Of a stretch of DNA of 12,644 nucleotides, positions 7,215 to 12,644 are shown one piece after another. Position 1 is the stretch's first letter. Each line of letters starts with the position of its first letter. A model generated the notes under the pieces. The model saw only the letters and a list, made by a program, of their open reading frames with translations, searched no databases and was not told the DNA's origin. Both the position numbers and the translations under genes were made by a program. The stretch is from Bdellovibrio sp. (GTDB lineage: Bacteria; Bdellovibrionota; Bdellovibrionia; Bdellovibrionales; Bdellovibrionaceae), in the NCBI GenBank assembly GCA_046318155.1, contig JBKCUU010000060.1, positions 1-12,644 on the forward strand, given 5' to 3'.

Positions 7215-8063
7215 ATGGTGGCGCGAATTGGATTTTTATGCATGCTGGTGGTTCAAGTTCTCGGAGTTTTACTCCTGGCTCTTCCTGCGTTTGCCGACCG
7301 CGCGATCAGCTTAGGCCTCCCTCCTCAGTTCTGGGCCCTTGGGATGAGCGTCGGCCGGTCAAACAGTCTCTACGTTTCTGAAGGCTCACCCTACTCGGCT
7401 TCATGGGACTTTGCCGTTGCTCCGACCATCATTTTAAACCGTGATTACACCTTGGGTGCGTTAGTTGAGTACTCGCAAGATCTACGCGAAGAGGATCTTG
7501 ATTTCGGCCGTGGGAGCATTTCGCTGCGAAAAGCATCGGGCACTTCGGCTTTCGCGAAACGCGTAAAATTCACACCGACCTTAACGGCCGGCTTTCCCAT
7601 CAGCCGGGCAGCTCAAGCTTCAAGTCTTCAAGCTTCTTTGGGTTCGTCCGCACGTATGGACGTTAACCCCGACTATTTGTTTTCAAAACGTTGGTCGATT
7701 GCGGCGACTTTAGGTCTGACTCGCAACTTTCATCAATATGACACTGCTTACAAAGGAACCGTGAACACTCAGTGGTCGTCGACTCAGTCTCTGGAGACGG
7801 GTTGGGCCTTTACCGACTGGATGGGCCTGAACCTTACGCTTGGTCACATCGACACACTCTCTTACCAAGGCGTGGCCAAGGATTATATTTTTCATAGCCA
7901 AGAACTGGATTTCAAGCTTTCACCGCGATGGAGCGCCAGCGTGGGTCATTCATGGGGGAAACCCTATGTTTCAACCCGTAAGTTTGACGGCCAGAGCTTG
8001 AATCTTGAATTGGCCGATGAAGACAACTCGCTCGTGTTTACAAATTTAACGTTTTTGCTTTGA
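7215..8063 (+). CDS. Hypothetical exported protein, probable outer-membrane beta-barrel
   Basis: Signal peptide ending LPAFA-DR (start ATG 7215 or 7242). The 7056 start would overlap rnhA. Many alternating hydrophobic/aromatic strands and a terminal strand LVFTNLTFLL. Confidence 0.7.
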   Translation: MVARIGFLCMLVVQVLGVLLLALPAFADRAISLGLPPQFWALGMSVGRSNSLYVSEGSPYSASWDFAVAPTIILNRDYTLGALVEYSQDLREEDLDFGRGSISLRKASGTSAFAKRVKFTPTLTAGFPISRAAQASSLQASLGSSARMDVNPDYLFSKRWSIAATLGLTRNFHQYDTAYKGTVNTQWSSTQSLETGWAFTDWMGLNLTLGHIDTLSYQGVAKDYIFHSQELDFKLSPRWSASVGHSWGKPYVSTRKFDGQSLNLELADEDNSLVFTNLTFLL

Positions 8064-8087
8064 GTTTTCGAAACAAATGGAGACCGC

Positions 8088-11000
8088 ATGAAAAAAACGG
8101 CAGGCACCAATAAACAGATGACGAAGCTGATGCTCGTAACCGTGGCGATGAGCCTTGGTTTAACAGCCTGTACAAAACCGCGTGACACCAAGATTGCGGA
8201 TGAGTCGCTCGAGCTCGAGCTCATGGCGATTTCTGAACTCCAAGGTTCTGGTTACCAGATGAAGCTGGGCAATGACGCCCGCACGATGGATCACAACTCA
8301 AAGCCGATCGCGGTGAACGAAAAACCTTCGTTCAAAGTTCAATCGGCAAAGGTTCCTAGCAAACTATCAGGTTTGATTTCAAACGCCCCCGTTAAAGGCA
8401 AGCCCGGCGAGTCTTTGGCTTTGCGCTTTAAAGTTTTGCCCTCGGTCGTTTTTGTGATGAAGCAAGTGACTGACGTTTCTGAACTCTCGACCTTAGATCA
8501 AGATTTAGTTGAGACCGTGGGCCAAACAAAGTTTTTACCCATTTATACAATCCCCGTTCAAAAAACAGGGATTCTCGTTCGCCAAAAAAATGACTACGGC
8601 GAGCAGTCCTACAAACAAGACTTCCGCGCGACCGCCTTGGCACAGGCTACTCACGTGCAGTTGGACCTGCGTGCCGAGAAATTTAAGGCCGTTGAAATTC
8701 CTGCGAGCAACCCCACACTTCGCCAAGAGATTTTTCTGGCGAACCAGCTGAACAACCGTGTTACAACGGTTGCCGAGACAGAAGAACTGCTGCAAACGCG
8801 TTTGGGCCTGTCTTCACAGTCAGAAAAAGTAGCGACTCGCCTGGTTCGCCGGTCAAGCCCGGATCGGGCGGCTAAAGTTGACGTTTTGATTTACACGATT
8901 AAAAAACGTGGTGAGATCAAAGACCGTGAACTTCTCGCGAAGCTTGATTCTCGTATTGAAAACAGCGAAGTTCTGAACTGCCCGGCCGAGATTAAGTCTC
9001 AGGCCGGTGACGATTGCGTGTTGATCCTCGAGCGCAGTCTGGTCGCAACGTCGGTTCAAGCCACTTTGGCTCTGAACGAAGACGGTCAACCCACAGGCAA
9101 CGTTAAATTCGAAGAAGTTAAAGCCGGCGGCCGTACGACGCTTTTGCAATTGGCCGCCAATTCTCAAGTGACTGAAGTCGGTCCCTTGGCCGCTCGTAGC
9201 TTAAATCCTTTGAACACGATCATGATCTCTGACATCAAAGGCAAAGAGTTCTTGTTCCGCCGTACTTTTGAAGACGCGGCGTCTTCGCTCTCGGCTTTTG
9301 GCCCCGGAGCTTCTGGTAATTTAGAGATCATCAAGTTTGATATGGAAGACCACCGTCTCGTGGTTCGCCGGGCCGATGCCGTCAATTCCGAGCGCCAAGC
9401 CGGCGACATCGATAAAGAAGAACTCATGTCAATCCCTGTTGTCTACTTGCGCCTGAAGGGTGATGACGGCACGATCTTGGTTTCTCCTCAGCAGACAACC
9501 AAGGAGCGCGCTGAAGTCATCTCTTTGAATTGGACTCAAAATACAATCCCCACGACATCGTCGCCTTTGGCCTTTTTCCAAGCGGGTCAGTGTTTTGCAG
9601 CAACGGGCAACAAAACCATCACCAACATGGATATGCGCTTAAAAGAGGGTTCGCTGAACTTCTCGATCTCGGGATCGTACACCTTCATTCCTGAGTGTAT
9701 GTCGCAGTTTGGTCTTAATGACTACTGGTACGGCGGCAACTTGCAGTCGACTTTTAACTTGAGCGAGCGCATCTCGTTTAAAGCGCACGACAAGTCGCGC
9801 GACCAAATTAAAAACCAGGATCTTCCCTTCCGCGCTCAAGCCTTGCTTGGTTTCGGAATCTTTACTTTAGGCAAGCGCGTTCCTGATCAGTTTGGTAACT
9901 TTGGCCGTATCAACAATGAGCTCGCATTGCCTGTGATTCAAGACTTCGCAAACGGCAAAGTTTTGACTTACACTTTGGGCGGCTTACCTGAGGATGAGAC
10001 TTACAAAAAAATCTTTATCGACACCACTCGCCAGGTCATCAAAGACTGGAATGAAAATATGCGCCGCGCTTTTCAAGGAACGCCCTTGGAACGTTCGGGT
10101 GACTACATCGCTCTTAAAATTGATGGTATTGACTCCACTCCCGGTCGCCTTGGTGATTTGGACCGCAACTATATTTGGAACTTTGATAAAGGTTTGGATT
10201 CGGGTCTTTTGGGGATGTCACAATCGGCCCCCAATCCCCGCACTGGTATCGCCGAACAAAACAACGTTTTGATGTACAGCGGTAACTTGCTTGGCTACAT
10301 CGGCTCGACAAAAAACAATGCTCGCATTCTGCGGGAGTACAAGAAACTGAAGGCCGCGGCCGCTCAAAAAATTGAAAATGAGTTCCGTAAAGAATTGGCA
10401 GAGGCGACAAACACAGGAACGCAAGCACCAGCAACCTCGCAAGACAAATTGCAAGATGCTCAGCGTTTGATCCGTCGCTGGTCCGACACGGCGAACTACC
10501 GCTCAGTTCCTCGCACTCCCCGCGCCTTGCAAACTGCTGAAGGACTAAAAGCGATGGGTCAAGCCTACAAGGCGATCCAGTACACGGGTGCCGAGTCACG
10601 CGAGCGCAAAGCGCAAGCGGCGGCCTCAATTTCAATCACAAAAGGTTACTTGCGCCAGATCGTTGAAAAAGCGTTGGCCATGGATGCTCAAGGCTTGGCG
10701 GCCACTCGTGACGAAGCCATGCTGCAAGCACTGAGTGCGGCTGAAGTTTTGAAAGCTTATGGCAACAGGTTGTCGCAAGAAGAGCGTTTGGCTTTGTCGA
10801 TGCAAACTCGCCGCTTGGCCCTGGCTGCTGAATTTCAAAAGAACTTCCGCAAAGGCTTGGGTTGCGTGATCTCGGCTGAGGGCATCCCGTCAATGGGCGG
10901 AGTTGATTTGGCTGACGTTCCCACCGAGCAGATGTTCTCGAACTGGTACGCAAAGACTTTGTCGCACGAGATCGGTCACTCCTTGGGTCTGACTCACAAC

Positions 11001-12644
11001 TTTAAAGGATCGTTTGATAAATCGAACTTTAAATTTGGTGATGAGAACTCAGATCGTCACTACTCGTCGATCATGGATTACCCTTCTCCAAATCGTAATT
11101 TGACCAACTATCAAAAGCCTGGTCCTTACGATGCCCACGCCTTGCGGGCTGGCTACACGGGCTTGATCGAAGTTGCTGATAGCGTCAAGGCAGCAGCTCA
11201 AGACCAAAATGGCAAAAAAGTCATCGGCATGAAGGTCGATGGCCAAGTGAAAGTGATCGAATTGGTTGCCGGTAAGTTTGTGAACCTCGAAGACATGAAA
11301 AATGCCGTGATCCCCGGTAAAATGGATTCAACTGGCAAAATGGTCAAATCTTGGTGGGATGTGACATCTGCGCATTTGGCAAAACTTCCTTTGAAGTTCT
11401 ACCACTTTTGCACAGACATCCATGTTGGCGGCGACCCGACGTGCAACCGTTGGGATGCAGGGACAACACCAGCAGAAGTCGTGAAGTTTTACATCGACGA
11501 ATACCAAGATCAGTACCCCCTGATGAACGCTCGTGGTGACCGCATTAACTCGGTCGGCATGGGTTCCTACATCGGCCGCGTCATGACAAACTTCTTCGCG
11601 GTCCGTCAGTTTATGGATGAAACTTTCTTCCGCTCGATCCAGGGTTACTCGGATGTGGGTTCTTATGTTCCTGCGGCTCTTGAGTCTTACAAGTTTTTCT
11701 TGAACACCTTCAACACGCCCCACACCACGGCGGATGTGAATGATCCGAGTCGTTTCACGCGCGTGGATTTTAACAAGTCCGTGGCGAAAGTGGGCGCTGA
11801 TGGCAAACCCATTATTGGAGTTGACGGTCAACCCGTGACCGAGCAACAAAAAGCGATCGCCATCATTGAGGCGCGTGCAACTCAAGATATCACTGAAAGT
11901 GGAACTGAAGAGATTCAAGTTCGCACTCGCGGTATCGAGTTCGACAAAGCCTTGGCCTTGATGATGCTGACGACGCGTGACTTGCGGAATCCTCGTTATG
12001 AGCAAATCAGCCTTCGGCTGTCATTTGCGGATTTCGAGAAGTACGCCATGCAGCTCCCCGCAGAAAGCAGCTTCATCATGCGTGCTCTCAGCCAGACTTT
12101 GGCTGACAACATGACATCGGTCCTCTTTGTTGATGGTGGTTTGGCTCAAGTTCCTGCGACCCTCGTTCCCCAAACTTCAGAGATCGTTCGTTACTACGCA
12201 GTCTTGGGATCAATTGTTTTTCTCGAGGCCAGCACACTTGAAGATAAAGACAACTTTGCGACCTTGTTTCGCGTTGGATCGGCTCTTGAGTCTCCTCCCA
12301 CAGACCGCTTGGTTGTGACCAAAGCGGATCAAAACGCAGCCAGCCGCGGGGCTTTAAAATTCTTCGCCTTTGATAACGCCGATATGTCTGCGTCGCTCGT
12401 TCGCAATGCGGCTCAAAAGCGTGTGATCTTGGACAACGCTGATATGATGGCAGCCGCCGTTGATAAGGTGATCATGGCGAAGACTCCCGAAGAACAAAAA
12501 ACAGAGCTCGCAAATGCAGCAAAAGTTTTTGAAGGTCTCAACCGAAATGGTGTTTTGCTCAATGAGGCCGAAGCCAAAGCGGGAATCACTTTTCAACGCC
12601 AGGTTGTCTTCACGGTTCAGCACGTTCAACAGATGATTCAAGTC
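8088..12644 (+). CDS. Very large lipoprotein zinc-dependent metalloprotease (metzincin), at least 1519 aa, 3'-truncated by window edge
   Basis: GGAGA RBS at 8079-8083 and ATG 8088. Lipobox LTA-C28 (TGT 8169-8171). In the same frame: RLGDLDRNY, GLLGMSQSAPNPRTG, HEIGHSLGLTHNFKGS (from 10965), Met-turn SSIMDY (from 11064), GPYD..ALRAGY and FCTD..CNRWDAG. Its absence from the ORF track is consistent with no stop before the window end. Confidence 0.92.
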   Translation, partial: MKKTAGTNKQMTKLMLVTVAMSLGLTACTKPRDTKIADESLELELMAISELQGSGYQMKLGNDARTMDHNSKPIAVNEKPSFKVQSAKVPSKLSGLISNAPVKGKPGESLALRFKVLPSVVFVMKQVTDVSELSTLDQDLVETVGQTKFLPIYTIPVQKTGILVRQKNDYGEQSYKQDFRATALAQATHVQLDLRAEKFKAVEIPASNPTLRQEIFLANQLNNRVTTVAETEELLQTRLGLSSQSEKVATRLVRRSSPDRAAKVDVLIYTIKKRGEIKDRELLAKLDSRIENSEVLNCPAEIKSQAGDDCVLILERSLVATSVQATLALNEDGQPTGNVKFEEVKAGGRTTLLQLAANSQVTEVGPLAARSLNPLNTIMISDIKGKEFLFRRTFEDAASSLSAFGPGASGNLEIIKFDMEDHRLVVRRADAVNSERQAGDIDKEELMSIPVVYLRLKGDDGTILVSPQQTTKERAEVISLNWTQNTIPTTSSPLAFFQAGQCFAATGNKTITNMDMRLKEGSLNFSISGSYTFIPECMSQFGLNDYWYGGNLQSTFNLSERISFKAHDKSRDQIKNQDLPFRAQALLGFGIFTLGKRVPDQFGNFGRINNELALPVIQDFANGKVLTYTLGGLPEDETYKKIFIDTTRQVIKDWNENMRRAFQGTPLERSGDYIALKIDGIDSTPGRLGDLDRNYIWNFDKGLDSGLLGMSQSAPNPRTGIAEQNNVLMYSGNLLGYIGSTKNNARILREYKKLKAAAAQKIENEFRKELAEATNTGTQAPATSQDKLQDAQRLIRRWSDTANYRSVPRTPRALQTAEGLKAMGQAYKAIQYTGAESRERKAQAAASISITKGYLRQIVEKALAMDAQGLAATRDEAMLQALSAAEVLKAYGNRLSQEERLALSMQTRRLALAAEFQKNFRKGLGCVISAEGIPSMGGVDLADVPTEQMFSNWYAKTLSHEIGHSLGLTHNFKGSFDKSNFKFGDENSDRHYSSIMDYPSPNRNLTNYQKPGPYDAHALRAGYTGLIEVADSVKAAAQDQNGKKVIGMKVDGQVKVIELVAGKFVNLEDMKNAVIPGKMDSTGKMVKSWWDVTSAHLAKLPLKFYHFCTDIHVGGDPTCNRWDAGTTPAEVVKFYIDEYQDQYPLMNARGDRINSVGMGSYIGRVMTNFFAVRQFMDETFFRSIQGYSDVGSYVPAALESYKFFLNTFNTPHTTADVNDPSRFTRVDFNKSVAKVGADGKPIIGVDGQPVTEQQKAIAIIEARATQDITESGTEEIQVRTRGIEFDKALALMMLTTRDLRNPRYEQISLRLSFADFEKYAMQLPAESSFIMRALSQTLADNMTSVLFVDGGLAQVPATLVPQTSEIVRYYAVLGSIVFLEASTLEDKDNFATLFRVGSALESPPTDRLVVTKADQNAASRGALKFFAFDNADMSASLVRNAAQKRVILDNADMMAAAVDKVIMAKTPEEQKTELANAAKVFEGLNRNGVLLNEAEAKAGITFQRQVVFTVQHVQQMIQV

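Noticed and set aside
8207..8222. GCTCGAGCTCGAGCTC palindromic microrepeat
   Set aside because: Explained by the codons for LELEL within the coding frame.
8428..12641. Many short ORFs here, including 11328-12005 (225 aa) and 10114-10635 (173 aa)
   Set aside because: Shadows of the large metalloprotease frame, which carries all the recognisable motifs.
1..12644. CRISPR array, tRNA/rRNA, transposase or integrase genes
   Set aside because: No regularly spaced repeats, cloverleaf or rRNA signatures, or DDE/tyrosine/serine recombinase motifs were seen.

Overview
Bacterial chromosomal window. A Bdellovibrionota-like origin is inferred from the gene repertoire, not proven. In order it holds: the 3' part of nadB, translationally coupled to a MipA/OmpV-type outer-membrane gene; a hypothetical lipoprotein; an accessory block (2711-5520); an rnhA-SDR pair on the minus strand; and, divergently, a putative outer-membrane beta-barrel followed by a lipoprotein zinc metalloprotease of at least 1519 codons. 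That protease runs off the window and is missing from the ORF track. The accessory block is the most unusual part. Two inverted, about 76% identical copies of one HNH-nuclease gene flank an AT-rich spacer and a secreted ClpP-fold gene. One copy has the N-terminus but lacks the end of the HNH motif. The other has the complete motif but no N-terminus and two stops. They share a perfect 35-bp block. Directly after the second copy's stop is a 203-nt element closed by a 33-bp inverted repeat, with more + strand hairpins inside and downstream: a candidate HNH-associated structured RNA or MITE-like element.
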